Shown piece after piece: positions 29,271 through 39,009 of a stretch of 64,000 nucleotides of DNA (positions are counted from its first letter, which is position 1; each line of letters opens with the position of its first letter). A program made the translations under genes and the position numbers. The DNA is taken from NCBI GenBank assembly GCA_963790305.1, contig CAWBOC010000007.1:64001-128000 (forward strand). Direction: 5' to 3'. The notes below the pieces were generated by a model that was given only the letters and a program-made list of their open reading frames with translations, did no database searches and was not told the DNA's origin. This DNA comes from an uncultured Gemmatimonadaceae bacterium (GTDB lineage Bacteria; Gemmatimonadota; Gemmatimonadetes; Gemmatimonadales; Gemmatimonadaceae).

Positions 29271-31377
29271 CTATCGTCCCTCGAGCTCATCGACCACCCA
29301 CCCCGCCCCGTAGATCCTGCGCAGCGCCTCGGTGATTCCGCTCGAGTGCACGCTCACCGATCGCGCGATCTCGTCGGTGAACACGAATCGGTTTGGCAGC
29401 GCTTCGATGTTGCTGTCGAAGATCACCCCCACGACCTCGGCGTTGCGATTGATCACGGGGCTGCCGGAGTTGCCTCCGATGATGTCGTTGGTCGACACGA
29501 AGTTCAGTGGCGCCGAGAGATTGAGACTGTCGGCGCGCGCGAGCCACCGCGCCGGGAGATTGAACGGTGGCTTGCCCCGGCGAATTCGGCCGAGCGGCCG
29601 TACAGCCCGTAGAAGCTCGTGCGGTAGGGCGCGACCGTTCCGTTGTACGGGATACCCCTTCACCACCCCGTCGGAGATGCGGAGCGTGAACGTCGCATCG
29701 GGCGGGCAGCGACGTGCCGTACGCGGCGAAGATGGCCTGGCCGAGCTTCTCCGCCTCGCGAGAGATGAGCGCGTTCAAGCGCCGCGCGCGCGTGGCGAGA
29801 ATTCGCTGCAGCGGGTCGATCTTGCGCGCGGCGACAAGGAGCGGATCGGTCGAGGCCGTGACGGCTGCTCGCGCCACCGTCGAGCAGCGCCTTACGAGCA
29901 GCGGGATCGTTGAGCGTCGGTGCCCGCCGATCAGCGCCCGCGCCGCTGCCTCCGGGGTGCGACCCGCCAGCACGGCCTGAAGAAATGGATCGTTCGCGGG
30001 GAGTGCACGTTTCGCCGCAGCGAGCTGCGCCGCCAGCAAGCGCGCGTCTCGACCTGCCGTATCGAACGGCGCGGCAGTCGAGGATCTGGCGTTTCAGCCG
30101 CTCGATCGCCTCGCCACGATACTCCGGCAGCCGCGCGGTGTCCGGGAGCGCAGACTGAGCGGGAATACGAACGATCTGTCCCGGCCATGGTCAGCAGCTG
30201 CGACCCGGCGAATGAGCGGTATCGCGCCGCCTTGTCGAACGAGGCGAGCTCACGCTGTGCGGCGGCGATCGCGTCCCACGCGCCCCCGTACTGTGCGCGA
30301 AGCTTGGGGTCCTTCGCGATCCGAGCGCGAAACTCGCGCTCGAAGGCGCGCTTCTTCGCCATCAGCTCCGTATCCACGAGGCCGGCGCGGTAGCCGGTGA
30401 CGGCCTTCTCGGAATTCGAGAGCGAGAAGATGGTGTTGTCGTAGCGTCGTGCACGCTCGGGATCATTCTTCGTGACCTCCCGCAGGACCTCGAGCTGCCG
30501 TGCGTACGCCGCGAGATTCTCCGGGTAGACGACGTCACGGAGGTACTCCATCTGCGCCATGGTCAGCAGTCGTCCGGTGCTCCCCGGGTTGCCGGTGACG
30601 AACACGGGCTCCTCTTCCTGCGCGCCCTGCGCGCTCCATCGCAGAAAGTTGCGCGCGGCAAGAGGCTGTCCGTTCTCGTAGATGCGAAGGAGCGAGATGT
30701 CGAGACAGTAGCGCGGGAAGGTGAAGTTGTCCGGATCGCCGCCGAAGAACGCGACACCTTCCTCGGGGGCCATCACCAGGCGAATATCATCGTAGCGCTT
30801 GTAGCGGTACAGCGAATACATCCCGCCCTGGTAGAGCGTAACCACCTGACACTGGAACCCCGTGCCTTTCTGACAGGCGGTCTGGATCGAGTCGATCACG
30901 CGTCGCGCGCCGCTCCGCCTGGGCGGTGGCGGTCGCTGCGCGACTCGACGCTCGAATGCGCGCGGTCACATCTTCAATGGATTGCAGCTGATCGACGTAG
31001 AGTCCCTGACATTTGCGCTCATCCGCCATCGACGAGGCGACGAAGCCGATCTCGATATAGTTCGTGTCACGAGGCGAGGAGGAGGAGATGCAGGACCGGG
31101 CGCAGTGATGGTTGGTGAGCACCAGCCCCCGGGACGAGACGATCGATGACGAACAGTTCGGCAGCCGCACCGAGGCGAGCCGAACGTTGTCGAGCCAGGC
31201 CTGATCGGGAGCGAATCCATACGTCTCCTTCCAGTATTCGAGCGGCGGCGCATCGAAAGTCCACATGGTACCGAACTCCCTGCGGTACCCTGCGACCGTG
31301 GGAGCAACGACCTGTGCCGCCAGCGGCGTCGCCAGGAAGGCCGTGAGTGCGATTCGAAGGATCAGTGGTCTGAGCAT
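29271..31377 (-). CDS. S46 family dipeptidyl peptidase; broken by many small indels
   Basis: [56 protein letters not shown]. Confidence 0.88.
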
Positions 31378-31416
31378 GTATGAGCCGGGGAGAGCTGGAG
31401 TTCAGCGCGGGACTCC

Positions 31417-31441
31417 TCTGAATTCTGAATTCTGAACGCTG
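31417..31441. repeat. Single arm of the CTGAATT heptamer repeat
   Basis: TCTGAATTCTGAATTCTGAACGCTG; same unit as 38877-38999 and 57217-57580. Confidence 0.7.
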
Positions 31442-31495
31442 ACGGCTGTGCCGTCTACCCTCATGCTGGCCCGGAGTGTGTAACAGAGCCTGTCA

Positions 31496-32330
31496 ATGAC
31501 AGACCCCATTCGGAGCCCCGAGCGGCGCGCAGACGTGCGCAGCCGGTTCGACCTCGTCCGCGACGTGCTGTACTCCACGTTGCGCGCCATTGCCCGGCAC
31601 GCGAGCAGCTTCTACACCGCCCTCGGCATCTACCTCGTGGGCGGCGCCGCGATCGCCATCGCGTGCACCTGGCTGTTCGTGGAGCTCGCGTCGCACGTGC
31701 AGAGCGGCGCGACCCAGACGTTCGACGAAACCGTCATGCGGTGGATGGGAGCGCACCGCATCCCCTGGATCGAACGGTCACTGCTGGAGATCACGGCGCT
31801 GGGCACCGGCCTCGTGGTGATGATGATCGTCCTCATCTCCGTCCTGTTCCTCGTGGCCACGCAGCACCGTTTCTCCGCCTTTCTTCTGTCTCATCGCGTC
31901 GGCAGGCGGGATCGTGCTCAACGCGGTGTTGAAGTCGAGCTTCGACCGGCCGAGGCCGCAGCTCTTCGAGTGGCTCACCGTGCCCTCGAGCAGCTCGTTC
32001 CCGTCTGGTCACGCCATGAGCTCTGCGATCGTGTACTTCACGGTCGCGTATCTCATCGCGCGGCTCGAGAAACGTCGCTGGATGCGCGCGTTGACGATCC
32101 TCGCGTCGCTGCTGCTGGTGGCGTTGATCTCGGTGAGCCGCCTGTATCTCGGCGTGCACTATCCGTCCGACGTGCTGGCGGGGATGGTCATCGGGCTGGC
32201 CTGGGCCGGCTTCTGCCTCGCGGGTCTCGAAGCGGTCCGAGTCTTCGGGCTTCGCTTCCGGCCACGCGTGCTCGAGCAGGAGGAGGATCTCTCGAAGCTG
32301 GAGCGCGCGTCGAAGGGATTCGAACAGTGA
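31496..32330 (+). CDS. PAP2-family membrane phosphatase (one insertion near 31889)
   Basis: KSSFDRPRP, SFPSGHA, SRLYLGVHYPSDV. Confidence 0.88.
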
Positions 32331-33047
32331 GGGCGGCAGGGGCGCGCCGGCAGTGGTTTCGCCGACGCGGAGACGTGGCGTGGACGGGCAGCTGGATCGT
32401 GGGCGGCTACTTCGGCGCGTTGCTCGTCGGGATTCTCTTTGCGCAGCTCATGCGCCGCACCGGCAACTGGGATCAGGGACTCGCCTGGGAGCGGGCGTTG
32501 ATGCTCCGCACGCACGTGAGATTTCCGGAGCCCCTCGATACCCTGATGCTCGTCCTTCCCTGGCTGGGGACCAACATCACCCTCCTCCCGCTCGTCGTCC
32601 TCGTATCCCTGTGGTTACTCGTCAGGCGGAAGCGTCCCGACCTCGCCGCGCATCTGGTGACAGTGCAGCTGGGCAGCCTCACGCTCAATGCGCTGCTGAA
32701 GGACATTTTCGATCGCCCGAGGCCTGAGCTGTTCGAGCAGCGCGGGCAGCACGCGTGGGCCGCGTTCCCGAGTGGCCACGCGATCGCGAGCGTGTCCGTC
32801 CTGTTGACCGTGGCGATCCTGCTGCGGCGAGAGCGGGGATGGAGGTGGCCGATGCGTGCCGCGGTCGTCCTCCTGCTCGATCAGCCTGTACTCGCGCCTG
32901 TACCTGGGCGTCCACTGGCCCACCGACATCGTCGGAGGTGTCCTCGTGGGGCTGTTGTGGCTTGCGGCAACCCATACGGCGTTTCGCGGCCCGGGCGTCC
33001 CGAAAAACGAATCGGGCGCTGGCAGCCTGCCAGCGCCCGATCCGTGA
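32327..33047 (+). CDS. Second PAP2-family phosphatase (one insertion near 32879)
   Basis: KDIFDRPRP, AFPSGHA, SRLYLGVHWPTD; GTGA overlap with the upstream paralog. Confidence 0.85.
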
Positions 33048-33062
33048 TTGCTTGCGAAGGTG

Positions 33063-33518
33063 CTATTGACGGACGAGGTTGCCGCGAATCTCGCCGCCTG
33101 CGTTGACGCTGCTGTGCACGTTGAAGTACGTGCCTCCGGCGCGTATTGCCGTGAGCTGTGCATCAGTCGCGGCGACCGTGCCTGACCCCCCGGTGGTCGC
33201 AATCGACCCGCCTGGCCATCCCAGGAGCACTCCCGCCGCCGTGTCCGGTCTGATCGGGCGATTGTGAATATGCGCAGCGGAGACGGTGCGACCCGCCGGC
33301 CAGTTCGCGATCGTGATCACGTAGTTGATGTTGTTCCCAGTCACGGTGAACGTGCCGGTTCCGGTGGCGGTCGTCGTCACCGGTGGCGTCTCGTTGGCAC
33401 CGGTCAGCGTCGCCGTGTAGACCTCCGCCTGAGGCTCGATCGGGTCATCGTCGTCGCACGCCGCGACCGTGAGACCGACGGCCAGCGACAAGAAGGCCAA
33501 GTGTCTAAGCATGCGCAT
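33063..33518 (-). CDS. CHRD-domain lipoprotein
   Basis: Lipobox VAAC; LTGANETPP, AAHIH, YFNVHS, GEIRG. Confidence 0.9.
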   Translation of the reverse strand: MRMLRHLAFLSLAVGLTVAACDDDDPIEPQAEVYTATLTGANETPPVTTTATGTGTFTVTGNNINYVITIANWPAGRTVSAAHIHNRPIRPDTAAGVLLGWPGGSIATTGGSGTVAATDAQLTAIRAGGTYFNVHSSVNAGGEIRGNLVRQ

Positions 33519-33720
33519 GAAACCTCCCATACGAGTGAACACAACGGGCGTTCGCAACAACCGCGCCCAGCCGACACTGCATTGTGAAAGGGGAATTCGC
33601 GTGCGACAACTGGACACGACATCTTTTACCGCGCGTTTCTTGCTGTTCACCGCAGTGACCCGGTGGCCCCGTCGAAGCGTCGGCGCGGGCCACACCGTTC
33701 TTCTCTTTTCACCCGTGCAC

Positions 33721-34215
33721 ATGCCTTCGATTCGCTGGTTCGCTCTCTGTATCGCATTCGTCCTCCCATCGCCGCTGCTCGCGCAGGGAGCATCCCTTCC
33801 CGCGACGCGGACGATCGCCGAATACAACGTCGATGATGTCACGTTGCGCATCAGCGCCGACGCGCCGCGCGTCGAGGTCTTTCTCTGGCGCAAGCCGCAG
33901 GCGATCGTCGTCTACCTCGACTCGCGATCGATCGAGCGCTGGCTGGATTCGGCGTCCACGTTCATCGCCAGCGACGGGCGTGCGCCTAACGGCGCTCCGG
34001 TCGAACAGTCGACGCGCGTACTCCGCCACGCCGACTCGTCCTATCGCAGCGGACTCGAGCTCACGCGCCGGGCGACTGAGCGCGGCTCGCAGCTCTTCCT
34101 CACGGCCTGGGTGGGCGACCATAGCGCGGCGATGGTCCCGATGCGGAGGTCGCAGGCGCGCGGATTTCTGGCAGCGCTCCGGGAAGCCGCACACGTCGCC
34201 CGACGGCCGCGGTGA
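33721..34215 (+). CDS. Secreted hypothetical protein (paralog A)
   Basis: Signal peptide ending LLA-Q; similar to the next ORF. Confidence 0.75.
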   Translation: MPSIRWFALCIAFVLPSPLLAQGASLPATRTIAEYNVDDVTLRISADAPRVEVFLWRKPQAIVVYLDSRSIERWLDSASTFIASDGRAPNGAPVEQSTRVLRHADSSYRSGLELTRRATERGSQLFLTAWVGDHSAAMVPMRRSQARGFLAALREAAHVARRPR

Positions 34216-34327
34216 TGGGTTGGGGAGCTGGCCCTCAACCCTATGCCGCTAGAGGTGTTGCCTTTGCTGACGGAGCCCCGTCCTCTAGAGGAAGCCCCGC
34301 GCGTCATGCGCAGCTCTGGAGGAGGCC

Positions 34328-34849
34328 ATGCCCCGCTCGCTCGTTCGCACCGCTCTGCTCATCGCCTTCGTGTTCGGCGCTTCGGCGTCCGCGCAGTCGC
34401 TCGTGCCCGGACAAACGCGGATGCGCGTCGGCACGACGATGCTCACGATTGGCCCCCTTTCCAATGGCAAAGTGCTGGTGGAAGCCTGGCGAGGCATGGC
34501 TCGCATCACGGGCTACGTCGAGGCGGAGCGCCTCGCGCGGTGGACCGACAGCTCCTGGGCACTCGTGGATTCGCACCGGGGCGTCCCGCTGTCGGCCGTG
34601 ACTTACGAGTACGCCGACGGATCGAAGAAGGTCGAGTACAAGTCGCCGTACCTCTTGCTCGGCCGGTCGATGTCCCTGATGATCGACCGCATTGATCAGG
34701 ACAACGTCTCCCGGTACGCGTTCTACGCCGTCGATGGCACGCGCGAGCGGCGTGTCTACATCGTCATGACCCGCAGCGACGTGGCCACGCTGCTGGCGGC
34801 GATGCGGGAGGCGGCCACGGGACAGATAGCGGTGTCGGAGCCGAGGTAA
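34328..34849 (+). CDS. Secreted hypothetical protein (paralog B)
   Basis: GGAGGAGG RBS; signal peptide ending ASA-Q. Confidence 0.8.
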   Translation: MPRSLVRTALLIAFVFGASASAQSLVPGQTRMRVGTTMLTIGPLSNGKVLVEAWRGMARITGYVEAERLARWTDSSWALVDSHRGVPLSAVTYEYADGSKKVEYKSPYLLLGRSMSLMIDRIDQDNVSRYAFYAVDGTRERRVYIVMTRSDVATLLAAMREAATGQIAVSEPR

Positions 34850-34854
34850 GAAAC

Positions 34855-34885
34855 CGAGGTGCACCTCGAGCACCTCGAGCACCTC
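34855..34885. repeat. Short 9-mer (GCACCTCGA) repeat with palindrome, between convergent genes
   Basis: CGAGGTGCACCTCGAGCACCTCGAGCACCTC. Confidence 0.65.
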
Positions 34886-34888
34886 TTC

Positions 34889-36157
34889 TTACCGCCTCCC
34901 GCTCCGCATCACCCTCCAGATTCGCCCGCCACGATCGTCGCTGATGTAGAGCGATCCGTCGGGCCCCACCGCGATTCCCACCGGACGGTGGCGAGCCCCC
35001 GCGGGCTGCACCGAGTCACCGGCGAACCCTGTCGCGAAGATCTCGTGCGGCCCCGCACGGCCCTTCTCGAAGGGAACGAACACGACGTTGTAGCCGCCCT
35101 GCGCGCGAGGGGCGCGGTTCCACGACCCGTGGAAGGCGATGAATGCGCCGCCCCGGTAGCGCGCCGGAAACTGCGTCCCATCGTAGAACGCGAGCCCGTT
35201 AGGCGCCCAGTGCGCCGGCATCGCCGCGACCGGTCCCTTCACGCTCGCGCAGCGCCCGACCTGCTGACCGTCGCCGCCGTACTCGGGCGCCAGGACTTTC
35301 CGCTTCGCCTGCCCGTCGTAGAAGCAGTACGGCCACCCGAAATCATCCCCGCGTCCCACGCGAAAGAGCTCCTCCGCGGGAAGCTCCGCGCTCTCGGTCG
35401 TGTCGAAATGCGCGGGCCAGTTCTGCACCAGATTGTCGCGGCCATGCTGCGCCACCCAGAGTGCACCATCGGACGGATGGATCGTGATCGCGACGGCGTT
35501 CCGGATACCGGTCGCCCAGCGCTCGCCATTGCCCTGGGTCTGCCCCTTGTTCGCTGCCTCGAAGCGCCAGATGCCCGCGCGCGTTTCAAGCTCCGGACAG
35601 GGCGCCTGCCCGGGGGATTGTGGCTGACGGTCCTGGAGCTGACAGGCGTTCGACGGCGAGCCGATGTTCACAAAGAGATCGTTGCCGCGTAACGCGATGG
35701 TCTTCGCGGTGTGACTCCGCCCGGTGGGAAGCGAACCCACCACCGTGTCCGGTGCACCCGTCGGGCGAAGCGCCCCGGGAGAAATCGTGTAGCGCAGCAC
35801 CGCCTCGTCGGTCGCGAAGAAGAGATCGGTGCCTCGGAGCGCGATGCCCGAGCCGCCGTTGTCGCCGAATCGCTCGCGCACGTCCATGCGGCCATCACCG
35901 TTCGTGTCTCGCAACGCAATGGTTGCGCCCTTCACATCGCGCGTGTTCCGGATCGCCACGAACAGATCGCCATTCGGCGCAACGACGATGTGGCGCGCGG
36001 GGCCGAGGCTGTCCGCCACGACGAGCGCGCAGAATCCCTGCGGCAGTGTGATGCCGCCGTTGGTGGTATCGCACGCGACGCGCGACCGCTGCGCTGCAGC
36101 CGATGTGGTGATCGCGGCGGTACATGTGACGGCCGCGATGATGACGGATCGAATCAT
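34889..36157 (-). CDS. PQQ-dependent sugar/sorbosone dehydrogenase family protein
   Basis: Signal peptide; [55 protein letters not shown]. Confidence 0.9.
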   Translation of the reverse strand: MIRSVIIAAVTCTAAITTSAAAQRSRVACDTTNGGITLPQGFCALVVADSLGPARHIVVAPNGDLFVAIRNTRDVKGATIALRDTNGDGRMDVRERFGDNGGSGIALRGTDLFFATDEAVLRYTISPGALRPTGAPDTVVGSLPTGRSHTAKTIALRGNDLFVNIGSPSNACQLQDRQPQSPGQAPCPELETRAGIWRFEAANKGQTQGNGERWATGIRNAVAITIHPSDGALWVAQHGRDNLVQNWPAHFDTTESAELPAEELFRVGRGDDFGWPYCFYDGQAKRKVLAPEYGGDGQQVGRCASVKGPVAAMPAHWAPNGLAFYDGTQFPARYRGGAFIAFHGSWNRAPRAQGGYNVVFVPFEKGRAGPHEIFATGFAGDSVQPAGARHRPVGIAVGPDGSLYISDDRGGRIWRVMRSGRR

Positions 36158-36287
36158 GGGTCGTTCCTCGAGTGAGTCCCGCGCGACGATATTCGCGGGC
36201 GCGCGTGTTGTCGAGAGCGGAGGCTCTGGAACTCGCCCCGGCGCACGCTGTATTGTAGATAGCCCGACTCTCTTCGTGGAGCTCCCA

Positions 36288-37214
36288 ATGCTGATCAAGC
36301 GCGCCCCCGATCTCCGCGCCTCCGATATCACCGATGAGGCGACGTATCTCGATCGCCGGCGATTCATTGCGCAGGCCGGGCTCGGACTCGCCGCCGTCGG
36401 CGCCGGGGTCCCCTGGAGCGAGAGCGCGCTGAGCGGCCGGGAGGTGGAACGCCAAGGCGACGACAAGCTCACCCCGTACGAAGACGTCACGACGTACAAC
36501 AACTTCTACGAGTTCGGCACCGACAAGGACGAGCCGGCAAAGAACGCCCACACGCTCCGGCCTCGCCCCTGGTCGATCGCGATCGAAGGGCACGTCAAGA
36601 AGCCCGCCGTTTACGCCATCGAAGACTTCCTCAAGCCGCACAAGCTCGAGGAGCGCGTGTACCGCATGCGCTGCGTCGAAGCCTGGTCGATGGTGATCCC
36701 CTGGCTCGGGTTCCCGTTGGCCGACCTGATCAAGCGGGTGGAGCCGACGTCCAGGGCCAAGTACATCGAGTTCACGACGCTGCTCGACCCCCGGCAAATG
36801 CCCGGACAGCGGCGGCAGGTGCTGGACTGGCCGTACACGGAGGGGTTGCGACTGGATGAGGCGATGCACCCGCTCGCTATCCTCGTCGCCGGACTCTATG
36901 GGAAGGTGCTGCCCAACCAGAATGGCGCACCACTGCGACTTGTCGTGCCGTGGAAGTACGGCTTCAAGGGCATCAAGTCGATCGTCAGGATGCGCTTCGT
37001 CGAGACCCAGCCGCGCACCGCGTGGAACGAGGCCGCGCCTGACGAGTACGGCTTCTTCGCCAACGTGAATCCCGAAGTCGACCACCCGCGATGGAGTCAG
37101 GCCAAGGAGCGGCGAATCGGCGAGTTCCGACGTCGCGCAACTCTCCCCTTCAACGGATACGCGGATCAGGTGGCGCGCCTTTACGCCGGGATGGATCTGA
37201 GGAAGTTCTACTGA
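36288..37214 (+). CDS. msrP: Protein-methionine-sulfoxide reductase, catalytic molybdo-subunit
   Basis: Tat-like [52 protein letters not shown]. Confidence 0.96.
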   Translation: MLIKRAPDLRASDITDEATYLDRRRFIAQAGLGLAAVGAGVPWSESALSGREVERQGDDKLTPYEDVTTYNNFYEFGTDKDEPAKNAHTLRPRPWSIAIEGHVKKPAVYAIEDFLKPHKLEERVYRMRCVEAWSMVIPWLGFPLADLIKRVEPTSRAKYIEFTTLLDPRQMPGQRRQVLDWPYTEGLRLDEAMHPLAILVAGLYGKVLPNQNGAPLRLVVPWKYGFKGIKSIVRMRFVETQPRTAWNEAAPDEYGFFANVNPEVDHPRWSQAKERRIGEFRRRATLPFNGYADQVARLYAGMDLRKFY

Positions 37215-37825
37215 CGGCACCCGCGATCCCGCGCGAGGGCCAGCGGTCGCAGAGTCGGCGCTGGACGACGGTTTCACTGGTTCTCGTCTGTCTCCTCCCC
37301 GCCCTCTGGCTCGCGCGTCGCGCGTTCACCGATGAGCTCGGCGCGAACCCGATCGAGGCGCTCGAGATTCAAACCGGGCTCTGGACGCTTCGCTTCCTGA
37401 TTCTCACCCTCGCGGTCACTCCCATTCGGCGCTTCACCGGGTGGAACTGGCTCGCCAAGCACCGCCGAACGATCGGTCTCGTCACCTTCGGCTACGCGTG
37501 CCTCCATCTGTCGATGTACATCGGCCTCGACATGTTCTTCGACGTCAGCGACATCATCGAAGACGTTGCTGAACATTTGTACATCACGGTTGGGATGACG
37601 GCGTTTCTGCTGATGATTCCGCTCGCCGTCACGTCGACGAAGGGCGCGATCCGGCGACTGGGGCGACGGTGGAAAAAGCTTCACCGCCTCGTGTGGGTGG
37701 TCGCAACGCTTGGAACCGTGCATTTCCTCTGGGCCGTCAAGAAGGACATCCAGGAGCCCCTGATCTACGCCGGAATTTTCGCCGCGCTCCTGCTCTTACG
37801 GTTGCCGCGGCGGGCAAAGGCCTAG
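37211..37825 (+). CDS. msrQ: Protein-methionine-sulfoxide reductase, heme-binding membrane subunit
   Basis: [42 protein letters not shown]; probable CTG start overlapping the msrP stop (CTGA). Confidence 0.92.
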   Translation: MTAPAIPREGQRSQSRRWTTVSLVLVCLLPALWLARRAFTDELGANPIEALEIQTGLWTLRFLILTLAVTPIRRFTGWNWLAKHRRTIGLVTFGYACLHLSMYIGLDMFFDVSDIIEDVAEHLYITVGMTAFLLMIPLAVTSTKGAIRRLGRRWKKLHRLVWVVATLGTVHFLWAVKKDIQEPLIYAGIFAALLLLRLPRRAKA

Positions 37826-37832
37826 CTCTCGC

Positions 37833-37848
37833 TGGCGTTCCCCTTGCA
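37833..37848 (+). promoter_or_regulatory. Candidate sigma54 promoter
   Basis: TGGCGTTCCCCTTGCA upstream of the small ORF at 37920. Confidence 0.55.
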
Positions 37849-37919
37849 TAGCTCGTCGGCGCTCACGCCATCCCGCGGCGAGGCCGGCGCGGGGTTCGGC
37901 CCATTCGAGGAGGAACGCC

Positions 37920-38123
37920 ATGGCCGACGTACAAGTGAACCAGAGTCCTGGGGGCGGTACTGGTAGCTCCGGCTGGATCTGGGCAATCGTGGTACTGGTA
38001 GTGGTTGCGCTCATCGCGTGGTTCGTGTTCGCCGGGGGTCCGGGTGGCAATGAGACGCGGATAGAAGTGGAGACGCCCGCAGCTGGCAGCGGGAATCCGC
38101 CGCCCGCTACGCCTCAGCCGTAA
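37920..38123 (+). CDS. Small single-pass membrane protein
   Basis: GAGGAGG RBS; WIWAIVVLVVVALIAWFVF. Confidence 0.8.
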   Translation: MADVQVNQSPGGGTGSSGWIWAIVVLVVVALIAWFVFAGGPGGNETRIEVETPAAGSGNPPPATPQP

Positions 38124-38126
38124 CAA

Positions 38127-38162
38127 AGGGGTCGGGAGTCAGGGACTTCTGACTCCTGACCC
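38127..38162. repeat. Minimal TCAGGAG-family hairpin
   Basis: GGGGTCGGGAGTCAG-GGACTT-CTGACTCCTGACCC. Confidence 0.8.
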
Positions 38163-38174
38163 TAACGGCAAAGC

Positions 38175-38205
38175 AAAACCTCCGGCTGCTTATCGCAACC
38201 GGAGG
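38175..38205 (-). terminator. Intrinsic terminator of the 38213-38767 gene
   Basis: Minus strand CCTCCGGTTGC-GATAA-GCAGCCGGAGG followed by TTTT. Confidence 0.7.
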
Positions 38206-38212
38206 CATCGCG

Positions 38213-38767
38213 TCAGGGAAGTCGGCCGGGCGCGCCCTTCACGGCATTCTGTGTCGCGGCTCCCAACTGGAACCGCCTGGCGGTGCGCGTCTTTCCGCCC
38301 TCGAGCCCCCCTGCAATAACCCCCTGCAAACGCCCGCAGCGCAGGTACCGCCGCAGCGTCTCCTCACACATCGGATACCCCGAGCTCACCCAGACTTCGT
38401 CGCGGTCGCCCGCGCCGACCACCGTCGCGCTCAGGTAGAGATACCGGCGTTCACTGCGAACGTACTCGGCGAGCGAGACCCGTAGCGCATCACCTTTGTA
38501 CTCCCGCCCACAGAACATCGGATGCAGCACCGCCGCCGGCATGTACTCGAACACGAACTCCGAGTCCGCGATCGTCAGGTTCCGCTGATCGGTGATGTGC
38601 GCAACCGTCTGCTCATGGAGCCATACGCTGCGCGCGCTCGGCGGCAGCCCGAGCTGCCCAGCCACGTGCGCAGGGATGGCACCGATGACCTGCATGCCGC
38701 TGGCCCAGCGACTGGGCCGCAGCACCGCTTCGATGTCGAGCTTCTGATGAACCCGCGTGGTGCCCAT
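38213..38767 (-). CDS. Orphan hypothetical protein, possibly BECR/PBECR-nuclease-like
   Basis: 184-aa ORF with its own terminator; IGAIP...VWLHEQTVAHITDQR...MPAAVLHPMFCG...VWVSSGY loosely follows the PBECR pattern (weak, from memory). Confidence 0.55.
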   Translation of the reverse strand: MGTTRVHQKLDIEAVLRPSRWASGMQVIGAIPAHVAGQLGLPPSARSVWLHEQTVAHITDQRNLTIADSEFVFEYMPAAVLHPMFCGREYKGDALRVSLAEYVRSERRYLYLSATVVGAGDRDEVWVSSGYPMCEETLRRYLRCGRLQGVIAGGLEGGKTRTARRFQLGAATQNAVKGAPGRLP

Positions 38768-38876
38768 TCAGTGCTCCGGGTGGGGCGAGCGTGATGGAGA
38801 CGCACGACGAATTACCGAAGTAACGGGCGGGGTTCGGGGAGGGGTCGGCTTGCTTGGAGACACGAGCCGTTAGGGC

Positions 38877-38999
38877 AACGGCAAAGATGTCAGCTATCAG
38901 AATACAGAATTCAGAATCCAGAAACGGGCCGGGGAAGCCAGTCCTTGCTCTCGAGCCCGTTTCTGAATCCTGTATTCTGACGTCTGACTTCTGACATCT
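38877..38999. repeat. Palindromic element with CAGAAT(T/A/C) heptamer arms
   Basis: AGATGTCAG..CAGAATACAGAATTCAGAATCCAGAAACGGGC / GCCCGTTTCTGAATCCTGTATTCTGA..CTGACATCT. Confidence 0.9.
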
Positions 39000-39009
39000 C
39001 TGGGGTTCC

